DNA of 32,000 bases. Origin: Candidatus Heimdallarchaeota archaeon B3_Heim (GTDB lineage Archaea; Asgardarchaeota; Heimdallarchaeia; Hodarchaeales; Hodarchaeaceae). Position 1 is the stretch's first letter, and each line of letters begins with the position of its first letter. Position numbers and translations under genes: made by a program. The notes below the pieces were generated by a model. It saw only the letters and a program-made list of their open reading frames with translations. It did not search any database and was not told the DNA's origin. Positions 18,012 through 28,828 of the stretch are shown one piece after another. The stretch covers positions 30,001 through 62,000 of the forward strand of contig NJBF01000024.1 of assembly GCA_003144275.1 (NCBI GenBank), in the 5' to 3' direction.

Positions 18012-18335
18012 ATGAGTTTTGAGGAACCCGTGGATGAAGCAAGTTTAAAAAAGCGTAAAATGCCTTTAATTAACACATTCCCTCCTCCTGTCGATTCAAG
18101 TGAACTAACACCAACAGAACAGCGAGTTTATCTTCAATTATCTCTTGAATTCAGCATTATTTTGGAAGAAGCCCCTAGTTTTCAGATGGGAGCTTATCAA
18201 TGGAATTTAATTCTTCCTAGTCGTCTCCAAACCTTCGCTTTGACAACTGAAACATGGGAAAAGCTATCCGCACTTGGTGATGGCTCTGAAGAGTTACAAG
18301 CTCAATTAGCAGATTTAGTAGAGCAATTTAATTAA
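18012..18335 (+). CDS. Hypothetical protein (107 aa)
   Basis: ATG preceded by an AGGTGA Shine-Dalgarno (~17999-18004); fills the gap between serS and the convergent PAC2 gene; no family recognised. Confidence 0.6.
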   Translation: MSFEEPVDEASLKKRKMPLINTFPPPVDSSELTPTEQRVYLQLSLEFSIILEEAPSFQMGAYQWNLILPSRLQTFALTTETWEKLSALGDGSEELQAQLADLVEQFN

Positions 18336-18347
18336 TTGATTATCTGG

Positions 18348-19136
18348 TTAGATGTACGTTTTATCTGGTTTACCGATTTGTTTTTCATCATCAACCGCAG
18401 CACTAGCTTGTCCTCTCATCGATAGGGCTAATTGTTCAATTTTTTCAGCCTGAGCTAGAATTGGTTCTATCCCAATATTTAACGATGGAACTAGTTGATT
18501 TAAAACTTCAATAATACGGGCAGCTGTTCGTATTTCAGGATAATGTTGCCGTACTTCCCCCAATAAAACGATAACCTCAGATTTATTGAACCAACCTTCA
18601 TTAAGTAATACCGCACTTAACCCCTTAATCACACCATGATTCAAGGGGGGGATTTGTTTAGAGTCCAATATCGCTCTACATGAATCAGTTGTTCCCACTC
18701 CGAAAAGTTTCACAGGTAATTGCTGTGGAGAATGTGCTTGTTCACTAACAAATCCTTCTATGGATAATATTCGACTGATTCCTTTCTCTTTTGCCCAGTT
18801 AAAAATTTTTCTTCCAATTTCACGAGTAATGGGAGCATACTGGGGTATCTCTGAGGCAAGAAGAGCGATTTTAATATCTTCATTTTTATTCGCATAAATG
18901 CGTATAGGAAATTTGGGTCTATTGAAATATACCATACAAACTGAGGGTAATTGACTACTATCTCCTACAGCCACCTGATCATAATTCCAATGTTCTGGTC
19001 TCCCACCAGCCTCTAGAATTATGTTAGCAACTATCAAAGCTAAACTACTTGTTGAAGGAAAACACTCAATTAGGGTTCCTCCAGCTAGGTCAATATCTGC
19101 AATGTCTCGTATCTCAAAATCATGAATAGCTTGCAT
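18348..19136 (-). CDS. PAC2-family proteasome assembly chaperone (PbaA/PbaB-like)
   Basis: GGTLIECFPS, P.FPIRIYA, LLASEIP, ILSIEG, FGVGTT, G.I.GLSAVLL...VIVLLGEV..HYP..R.AA. Confidence 0.85.
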   Translation of the reverse strand: MQAIHDFEIRDIADIDLAGGTLIECFPSTSSLALIVANIILEAGGRPEHWNYDQVAVGDSSQLPSVCMVYFNRPKFPIRIYANKNEDIKIALLASEIPQYAPITREIGRKIFNWAKEKGISRILSIEGFVSEQAHSPQQLPVKLFGVGTTDSCRAILDSKQIPPLNHGVIKGLSAVLLNEGWFNKSEVIVLLGEVRQHYPEIRTAARIIEVLNQLVPSLNIGIEPILAQAEKIEQLALSMRGQASAAVDDEKQIGKPDKTYI

Positions 19137-19217
19137 AATTTCTCTTATGAGATCTCGCTTCTAAAAAGGTTTTACTAAATGGGTAGAAAAAAAGGGAGGA
19201 GAGAGATTTATAGTGAC

Positions 19218-21443
<2,226 letters not shown>

Positions 21444-21461
21444 TTAATCTCTATAGGGTCT

Positions 21462-21881
21462 CTATTCAATATTCACTTTTGTTTTAGGCTTTTTGTTTGC
21501 ATAGGGAGCTGTAACCGTAAGAATTCCCGCTTTAAGCCTAGCATTAGTTTTCTCAGGATCAATTGGTTCTCTAAAGTGGAAATGGTTCTTATACTTCTTA
21601 TTTAATTCCTCATTCTCTGCATTTAACCATAATCCATCTGGAGTGACTTCTAGTTGAATATCCTCTTTTGAGACACCTGGAACCTCAAATGTAATTGTAT
21701 AAGCCTCATCATCTTTATTGACCTCTGCTCTACCATCAAAGCCATAATTACCAAAACCTTTAGATTTATGGAAAAATGGATGTTTTCCACCGGGAAATCC
21801 TTGTACAAAGATTTTAAAAGGATCAAATCCACACGAAATGTTAAATTCTTTATCTTTTCGTTCATCGTATTTTCTATTCAT
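21462..21881 (-). CDS. Small heat-shock protein Hsp20
   Basis: Alpha-crystallin pattern YTITFEVPGVSKEDIQLEV...A.LKAGILTVTAP and C-terminal V-x-I (KVNIE); directly upstream of cdc48. Confidence 0.9.
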   Translation of the reverse strand: MNRKYDERKDKEFNISCGFDPFKIFVQGFPGGKHPFFHKSKGFGNYGFDGRAEVNKDDEAYTITFEVPGVSKEDIQLEVTPDGLWLNAENEELNKKYKNHFHFREPIDPEKTNARLKAGILTVTAPYANKKPKTKVNIE

Positions 21882-21940
21882 TTTAATTCTTCCTTTAGAA
21901 CGTTATTTGTGATATTAAATCGTTTTATTGTTTGAATTAT

Positions 21941-21982
21941 TTTATTCACATATAGTTTATATATTTATCGAATGTGAATAAA
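21941..21982. promoter_or_regulatory. 11-bp inverted repeat flanking a TATA-like core upstream of hsp20-cdc48
   Basis: TTTATTCACAT (21941-21951) and ATGTGAATAAA (21972-21982) around a 20-nt spacer containing TTTATATA. Confidence 0.5.
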
Positions 21983-22324
21983 CGAATAATACGCATCCAA
22001 CGGTCGTAATTAAGAAAAAATAGCTGTAAAAATTCTTTATTTATGTTGTAAAATTTTCCTCCAGTAGATTTTTAATTTTAAGACCGAAATCACGTTCTTT
22101 TTATTGAATTTCAGCTTAATTAGTAAGGAAACGAATTTATTCACAATGTTACTAAAGTATATAACATAACTTATAGTGAGAAAATCTAGACTATTCAACT
22201 AATATGTTTTTTTTCATTTACCATAGACTTTAAGTTTAAATCCACTGCAAAATATACTTTTAACAATCACAAAAGTACCAAAGAGGTATGACTGTAAGAG
22301 CTTACATAAAATAGAGGTATTCAT

Positions 22325-23335
22325 TTGGCATCGGAAGGTCTAATCAAGCGTCCACTTCATTTTCGTAAAGATTTTGAAAGAATCGTTGCATTACTTGAAT
22401 TGGTATTCGCCGAAGAAATTGAAGCAAGGGGAATGGATATTAGGGCCGAATTAATCACTTATAAGAGATTATTTCCCTTATTCAAAATATTAGGTTTGTT
22501 TTCGAAGACATTTCGGTATACCATGAATGGATTTGTCTTCGAAACAAAGGATGAACAAATTATTGCCTCTGTGAACACCAGTTCACTAGGAAATCGCTGG
22601 GAAATAGCAATGGTTGCTACTCATCCTGATTATCGGAGAAAAGGACTAGCTAGGGATTTAGTTACTGATGCTATCAATTTTGTAAAGGATAAAAGGGGTA
22701 ACATGTGTGTGTTGGAGGTAAGATCGGAAAATACCCCCGCATATCATCTCTATCGCGATTTGGGATTTATTCATTATGATAGTATTGCAGAAATGAAATT
22801 ATCTCCGGATAATTGGCCAGAAAGCATCGATTTACCCATTCCTGATGAATATACAATAACCAAGATTAAGAGAGACAATCAAACAAGTATGCAAAGATAC
22901 CAATTACAGGTAAAAGAAACTTCAGAAGAGGTCCAACAATTTCTTCCTGTTGATAAAAAGCGGTTTAAAAGCTCTAAACTTAAAAATTTATTGCGTCCAA
23001 TAATGGTACGTCTTTTGTCCATGAAACTGAATTCCTGGCTTATTTATTTCAAAGAAGAACTTGTCGGGACAATTTTTGTTAATTTTAACAAATCAGGTAA
23101 GAACCCCCATAGAGTAGAACTGGTTATTGATCCAGATCATCAAGAAAAACTCGCCAAATCAATGTTATCCATTGCCTTAACGAAAATTAGTGACAGAGGG
23201 TTTACTAACAATAACACCCTAATAACTATTCGAAGTTCAAATTCTGATTTATTGGCTATTCTGAAAGAATCTGGATTTGAAATTGTTGAAAACAACCACA
23301 AATTAGGATTAAAATTAAAACCAACTTATTTCTAA
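22325..23335 (+). CDS. Tandem GNAT N-acetyltransferase
   Basis: VATHPDYRRKGLA acetyl-CoA motif, LEVRSENTPAYHLY..LGF; a second degenerate GNAT fold at the C-terminus. Confidence 0.88.
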   Translation: MASEGLIKRPLHFRKDFERIVALLELVFAEEIEARGMDIRAELITYKRLFPLFKILGLFSKTFRYTMNGFVFETKDEQIIASVNTSSLGNRWEIAMVATHPDYRRKGLARDLVTDAINFVKDKRGNMCVLEVRSENTPAYHLYRDLGFIHYDSIAEMKLSPDNWPESIDLPIPDEYTITKIKRDNQTSMQRYQLQVKETSEEVQQFLPVDKKRFKSSKLKNLLRPIMVRLLSMKLNSWLIYFKEELVGTIFVNFNKSGKNPHRVELVIDPDHQEKLAKSMLSIALTKISDRGFTNNNTLITIRSSNSDLLAILKESGFEIVENNHKLGLKLKPTYF

Positions 23336-23358
23336 TAAAATGAATTGGAAATAAGGTC

Positions 23359-24204
23359 TTAAGAGTTTTTTTGGAGGAATCGTGTCCAGTGATCGATAGA
23401 TCTTTTTCTTCTTTCAGGACGATCTGAATAATAATAATCGGGAAAATCAGGATCATCTTCAATTTCTTTGGGTTTTACACCCTGTTCGAGTTTCTTTCTT
23501 ATAAATTCGATACTACGTAAGAAAAATTCATTGATTTCAGTTAGATCTTTAACCGTTGCTGTTGGCCCATGACCGCTGACAATAATTGCTGGTTTTAGTT
23601 CTATCAAGGTTTCTATTACTTTTTGCCATGTTAATATATTGCATGACTCATCAGCTCCATAAGGGCCCTCTCTATTAAATACTAGATCACCAGCAATTAG
23701 TGTTTTAGTGTCAGGCTGCCATAGATATGTGCTACCATTGGTGTGACCATCAGCTTTGACTAGTTCCAGAGGCATCGGTCCATACAGTTGTAGCTTAGTC
23801 TCAAAACATATTGAAGCTTGTGTAAATTGAAAGTTTTTCACCCCATATCCTTCTTTCTCCCATTCATCTAATTCTTCTGGATCTATATTCTTCCAATAGT
23901 GTTTCTCAAATCCCATCATCATCGTTCTTATATCAGAATTTGCGATAATTGGAATATCGGTAAAGATCTAGTTTCCAAATACATGATCAGGGTGGTGATG
24001 TGTTAAAATTAATCCTGAAATAGGTTTTTCGTAATATTCTTGAACAGTGTGTCTCCATTCAGCTGCTAATTTCCAATTAACCATAGAATCAACTATATAC
24101 ACTTGTTCTCCTAAATTTATAGCCACACTATTCCCATAACCGACATCTGTCCAGATAATATGATCTTCAATTACATTAAACTTCATTCTCTTTTTCTCCG
24201 TCAC
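23359..24204 (-). pseudogene. Metallo-beta-lactamase-fold hydrolase interrupted by one in-frame TAG at 23968-23970
   Basis: The two ORF-track pieces are in the same frame: THHHPDHVFGN-TAG-IFTDIPIIANSDIRTMMM..., followed by GHTNGS, AGDLVF and GHG. The span is 846 bp (282 codons). The start could also be ATG 24186. Confidence 0.85.
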
Positions 24205-24250
24205 CAGTTGACCATTAACTTCATAAATATTTTCCTTTCCTATCTAAAAT

Positions 24251-24613
24251 ATGAATCATTTCAAACCTGCAGCAATTAAACCACTAATTGCTCTAGATGA
24301 TCTCAATAAAATAGATATTCGTGTTGGTACAATCGAAAAGGTTGAGGATATCCCAAAATCTGAAAAAATTGTCAAATTAAGTGTTAATTTTGGAGATCAC
24401 ATCAGAACTATTTTAGCTGGAATTAAACAAGAGCGTGAAAATCCTAAAGAAGTTGTAGGGAAGCAAGCATTATTCATTGTCAATCTAAAACCAAAGAAAA
24501 TGATGGGGGAAATTTCTGAAGGAATGCTCTTCGATATCGGCTATTCTGATAAGATCGTTCCAGTTTTAACCATTCCTGAAAGGAACGTACCAAATGGGAC
24601 ACGTGCGGAATGA
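24251..24613 (+). CDS. Stand-alone tRNA-binding OB-fold protein (Trbp111/CsaA/EMAP-like)
   Basis: IDIRVGTI..VE....SEK..KL.V.FG...RTILAGI, VNL.PKKM.G..SEGM, PNG.R. Confidence 0.9.
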   Translation: MNHFKPAAIKPLIALDDLNKIDIRVGTIEKVEDIPKSEKIVKLSVNFGDHIRTILAGIKQERENPKEVVGKQALFIVNLKPKKMMGEISEGMLFDIGYSDKIVPVLTIPERNVPNGTRAE

Positions 24614-24630
24614 CCTCTCAACAGAGAGGT

Positions 24631-26802
24631 TTACTTCTTTTTCATGGACTGTTTTTTATTCCGAATTTTAATGCCCTGAAAGGCATCAACCAGCGTTTCA
24701 TATAGTAATTCAATCAATAGCGGTATTTCTGTCTCAGAGAAACCTAGGGCTCTAGCAATTGCTATATCCAAATTTTCTCTCTTACTTTCATATATTTGGT
24801 CTGGAAGGGCCTTTACTTTTTCGGATCTGAGAATATCAAATGCCTCTAAAATATATTTTATGTCATTTGAGGAGCATTGAGAAATATCTAGGAAGATTTT
24901 CTCTCTCATATAATCAATGATTTGTAAACGACCATATGAACCACTAATCTCCCTTCTACTATTAATAAAGAGCAAAAAATAAAACGATGAATTCAACCAC
25001 GCCCCCAAAAATTTAGATTGGTGGTGATTTTTGTCAGTTAAGACGAAAAAATTCTTAGAAGCAGTTTTCTTCTCATCTAAGAAGAGTACATTATTAGTTG
25101 CACTAGTCAATCCAAATTTATCAACAAAGAACAGATATCCCCAAGGTTTCTTTGTCGTTAATTGATCTTCAAGATGATTTATCCATCTGGTTTTGAATTT
25201 CTTCCTTGCTGGATTCGCGTAATCTTGAGTTTTCCTAATATAAGTTTTCACTGGAGAAGTTAACTGATTTAATGGCTCTGAGACAGAAAGCGCATAATCT
25301 GCAATAGTTGGTGTTATGTACCCTTGATAATTACTCTGTTTACGTAAAGCGCTTACTAGATATTTCTCTGGTAGAATTAATTTTTCTTCTCTTGATATTA
25401 ATTCATAACCTTCATTTTTCTTCACAATTTGTGTCCAGATTTTATTTGGTAAGAAAAAGAAACCAGGACCATACATTTCAACCCCCCGTACGATCTTTAG
25501 ATCTAACTCTTCACCAGATCTTATTTTATTAGTTTTTAACAATTTCTGCCTTAGATCTAATATGTTTTCACTGTGAAAGTATCTCATCCAATTCCATTCA
25601 TTAAGCAGGTGTTTGGAATGAATTAATCGCGTAGATGAGATATTTTGTTGATTTTTTATAGAATTTCCGCAAATAAGAGAAAACTTAATCCCGTAATGAT
25701 TATCAGATGTTCGTTTAGTAGCAACTAAGATCAGTTCTTTGAAATCACTGCCTTCAGAAAAAGATTTAATCTCATCGGAAGTAAGAATTGAGTCAATTTC
25801 ATATTTTGACATCAAATAATTTTGAATACCTTTGGAATAATTTGACAAAAATGTTGATACAGGTAATATTGCACTCAGCGTTCCTCCATGTTTGAGAATC
25901 TGATCTGCTAGAAGAATAGAGTAAATGTGCAGTCCTGGTTGTCCAATTAGATATTTAATGTATTTTTGTATGAGGGGAACTAATACCTTTCTTTGACTGT
26001 CATCAATTCTGTGTGTTCTCGTGAAGGGGGGATTCATTAATACTAAATCAAAATCATTATCAAATGGTAACGAATTACTTCTCAATCTTGTTGGTAATCT
26101 TCTAAAAGCATCACCTATGGTCGCAATAAGTATACTAGGATCCAAATTATGTTTTTGCAATTTGATTAATATTCGAGAATATGCAATTACTACGGCAGAA
26201 GGAACAAGATCATTAATCCAAATAAGACTCGGAAAATTCATAGACATATTTTTTTCTTCTAAATAGGCCGAAATTAATCTTCCTGATCCACAAAACGGAT
26301 CTATGATTTTGGTAAACGACTTCTCCGTAAGATTTGAACAGATAATTCGTGCGGAGGGTAGTGTAGTATAATTAGCCGCTAATTTTTTCCGATAATTTCG
26401 TTCTAACGCATTCTGCACAATTGTACCAAAGATGTCACCATTGAGAATAGGTTCAATTTCTAGCGAATGGGGGGTGAAAAGAGAAAGGTCTTGTTTCAAA
26501 TCGGCCAGATAACTGAACACTTCTTTCAGAAATTTCCATAACGATATATTTTTTTCATATTTCCTTTCTAAAAATCTTAAACTCTCCATAACTGGTTCAT
26601 AATTATTTATCCTATCATTCTCTTTTATCAGTGATTTTATTATCCATAATCCTAAAGAAATAGAAATGATCAGTTCTTCTTTCGTTGAAATCAATTTTGG
26701 TAAAGAATCAAATCGCTTTTTATCATCAAAGGATTTAATCCAGTCATTGACATCCCTTTCTAATGAATTTTCAAACAATTCTGGATCTTGAATGCATTCC
26801 AC
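24631..26802 (-). CDS. N6-adenine DNA methyltransferase (gamma class, with C-terminal specificity region)
   Basis: DIFG......RKKLAANYT, motif I IIDPFCGSGRL, motif IV VLMNPPF, in gamma order, followed by a long TRD-like region. Confidence 0.85.
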   Translation of the reverse strand: MECIQDPELFENSLERDVNDWIKSFDDKKRFDSLPKLISTKEELIISISLGLWIIKSLIKENDRINNYEPVMESLRFLERKYEKNISLWKFLKEVFSYLADLKQDLSLFTPHSLEIEPILNGDIFGTIVQNALERNYRKKLAANYTTLPSARIICSNLTEKSFTKIIDPFCGSGRLISAYLEEKNMSMNFPSLIWINDLVPSAVVIAYSRILIKLQKHNLDPSILIATIGDAFRRLPTRLRSNSLPFDNDFDLVLMNPPFTRTHRIDDSQRKVLVPLIQKYIKYLIGQPGLHIYSILLADQILKHGGTLSAILPVSTFLSNYSKGIQNYLMSKYEIDSILTSDEIKSFSEGSDFKELILVATKRTSDNHYGIKFSLICGNSIKNQQNISSTRLIHSKHLLNEWNWMRYFHSENILDLRQKLLKTNKIRSGEELDLKIVRGVEMYGPGFFFLPNKIWTQIVKKNEGYELISREEKLILPEKYLVSALRKQSNYQGYITPTIADYALSVSEPLNQLTSPVKTYIRKTQDYANPARKKFKTRWINHLEDQLTTKKPWGYLFFVDKFGLTSATNNVLFLDEKKTASKNFFVLTDKNHHQSKFLGAWLNSSFYFLLFINSRREISGSYGRLQIIDYMREKIFLDISQCSSNDIKYILEAFDILRSEKVKALPDQIYESKRENLDIAIARALGFSETEIPLLIELLYETLVDAFQGIKIRNKKQSMKKK

Positions 26803-26974
26803 GCCCTTAGGTCATGGTATATTCCTATATGAAATCCTAATATGAAAGTAAAGAGTGAGGATGATTGATACACCGACTCAATGTATAAAATTTAAATTAA
26901 ATCCTTTTCTTCATAGAAACCTCAGAGAATCGAGAACGATTGGCTATCTCAAGAGAAATTCTGCAAAGTCAAAG

Positions 26975-26984
26975 TTTATAAATA
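26975..26984 (+). promoter_or_regulatory. Putative TATA box of the dCache/VWA operon
   Basis: TTTATAAATA preceded by a purine-rich AAAG, about 57 nt upstream of ATG 27041. Confidence 0.35.
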
Positions 26985-27040
26985 TTTTAACTGTTAGATT
27001 ACTTCGGATGAAATAAATGCAACATAGAGGGATCTACTAA

Positions 27041-28828
27041 ATGCTAAGTCTGAAATCAGCAATTTATATAATCATAGTCAGTATTATATCGGCTAGCTTA
27101 GTCTCCTCATTGGTAGTAATGAATACATTGTCAACTTCCTCACTCCCAACTGAAATTGAGGACAATGCCGAGGATAAGTTACTTATTACAACCACAATTC
27201 AAGCCCGTCAAATTGCCTCACAATTGGGCAGAACGGAATCTGTTATCAACGCGATGAGTGCTTTTGCAGAGCAAATATGGACTGATACTACGATTCCTGA
27301 CATTCCTAGTTTTTATCATGACGAAAACGTGCTTAATAACCCTCCAACCGATGTTTATTATGATGAGGTTTACGAGCGAAGACTTTCTCATCTCTACTCG
27401 GGTTATAAGATCGCCCCAACAGCATTTGAGGAATCATATCAAGACAGTTATTTAACAAGTATTCAAGAAACTGAAAATCCTTTATCACACATTAACAGTA
27501 CGGTGATGGCTGCAATCAACCGTTCAGCAAAAATGGACATGGTTTTCCGACAGCTCTATGAGGCTTATCCAGAACATGTTTGGCTCTATATGGGGTACGA
27601 GTATGGCTTTCATAGATCTTTTCCCTGGCATGGGCCATATTCTCGTACTTATGATCCAAGGACACGTCCTTGGTATATCGGAGCAATTACTGGAGCGAAA
27701 GATGCGGTTATCATCATGGATATAAGCGGAAGCATGCAGGGTACTCCACTTACAAATACCAAAACTGCAATGAAATCCGTACTGAAAACATTAGGACCTA
27801 AGGATCGATTTACTGTTCTCTCTTTTTCTGCCGATGTAGATGAGTGGGACAATACTTTACAAATCGCTTCTCCTTCAAATATCAATGATGCCTCTTCTTA
27901 CATCGATGATCGTAGCTCGGGAGGAAACACAAATATTAATAGCGCACTTCTAGAAGGTCTTGAAATTTTAGAAAAACATGGAACCTCTGATCGCACACCC
28001 ATGCTTATATTCATGACTGATGGTGAAGCGACCTCAGGCATAACAGAATCTGATTTAATATTATCTAACGTCGCTACTGCGAATGTAATGGGAGCTAGAA
28101 TGTTTGTTTTTGGATTAGGTACTGAAATTGATCAACAGCTCTTACTAAACCTTGGATCTCAAAATGATGGAGGGACAGTTTTTGTGTTCGATTCTGAAGA
28201 TCTAACAGATGCTATGAACCTTTATTATAAATTTTTTACCTCACAAATTGATAATGCTATTAGTTGGTCATGGCCTTACGTAGATGCGAGTGGTTGGGGT
28301 ATAGTAATAACTGCTTCCAAGCCAGTAACAGTTAATGGTACTCTATTAGGAGTCGTTGGAGCAGATTTAACTCTCAATTCACTCATAGACACACTTGCAG
28401 ATTTACAGCCTTCAGATAATGGTTACAACTTCATCTTTGATACAGGTAATATAGCTCTAATCCATCCTAGCTTTACCGATCTACCTATTGGAGATTGGCA
28501 AGAAGAAGAAGTAAGAGTACCTATTTCTACATTGGAAAGTTCCTCAAATAGCTTTATCTCTCTAGTTGATCGTGTTAATCTTGGGATCCCTACAGCAGGT
28601 ACAGTCTATTATGGTACCGAAAAACGTGTTGTGGCAATGGCTCCAATTGGAGAAACTTCCATGCACTTAGCTTCTGTAGCCCCAATCTTAGAATTTCTTG
28701 ATCCAACAACCATTACTGCATTAAAAGGAGTTAGCACCTTCGCTCTGCTTTGGCTTGGAGGCAGTATTTCTGTAGGTACAATAGCTGCACTAGTATTAGT
28801 GATAAAATTCAAGGAGGACTTTCATTGA
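27041..28828 (+). CDS. Membrane-anchored dCache_1 protein with inserted VWA domain (alpha2delta/CACHD1-like)
   Basis: TM at both ends. YDPRTRPWY (27650) runs directly into a VWA domain (KDAVIIMDISGS MIDAS, GGNTNI, FMTDG), after which dCache resumes (SWSWPYVDASGWGIVITASKPV...GVVGADL, GYNFIFD..G.ALIHP). Confidence 0.9.
   Translation: MLSLKSAIYIIIVSIISASLVSSLVVMNTLSTSSLPTEIEDNAEDKLLITTTIQARQIASQLGRTESVINAMSAFAEQIWTDTTIPDIPSFYHDENVLNNPPTDVYYDEVYERRLSHLYSGYKIAPTAFEESYQDSYLTSIQETENPLSHINSTVMAAINRSAKMDMVFRQLYEAYPEHVWLYMGYEYGFHRSFPWHGPYSRTYDPRTRPWYIGAITGAKDAVIIMDISGSMQGTPLTNTKTAMKSVLKTLGPKDRFTVLSFSADVDEWDNTLQIASPSNINDASSYIDDRSSGGNTNINSALLEGLEILEKHGTSDRTPMLIFMTDGEATSGITESDLILSNVATANVMGARMFVFGLGTEIDQQLLLNLGSQNDGGTVFVFDSEDLTDAMNLYYKFFTSQIDNAISWSWPYVDASGWGIVITASKPVTVNGTLLGVVGADLTLNSLIDTLADLQPSDNGYNFIFDTGNIALIHPSFTDLPIGDWQEEEVRVPISTLESSSNSFISLVDRVNLGIPTAGTVYYGTEKRVVAMAPIGETSMHLASVAPILEFLDPTTITALKGVSTFALLWLGGSISVGTIAALVLVIKFKEDFH

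Noticed and set aside
18030-18092. WH2-like LKKR motif plus PPP in the 107-aa hypothetical protein
   Set aside because: The amphipathic helix required before the LKK motif is missing, and the match is too short to support an actin-binding claim.
22293-22306. Palindrome TGTAAG-AG-CTTACA upstream of the GNAT gene
   Set aside because: Only 6-bp arms in AT-rich DNA; plausible by chance without other copies.
23359-24204. Genome-wide amber recoding, or two separate genes
   Set aside because: serS and hsp20 end at TAG at their expected C-termini, and the two pieces are halves of one MBL fold in a single frame.
28750-28824. N-terminal extension of the second dCache gene given in the ORF track
   Set aside because: It overlaps the TM-coding end of the upstream gene; the TTG at 28825 has a well-spaced AGGAGG SD.
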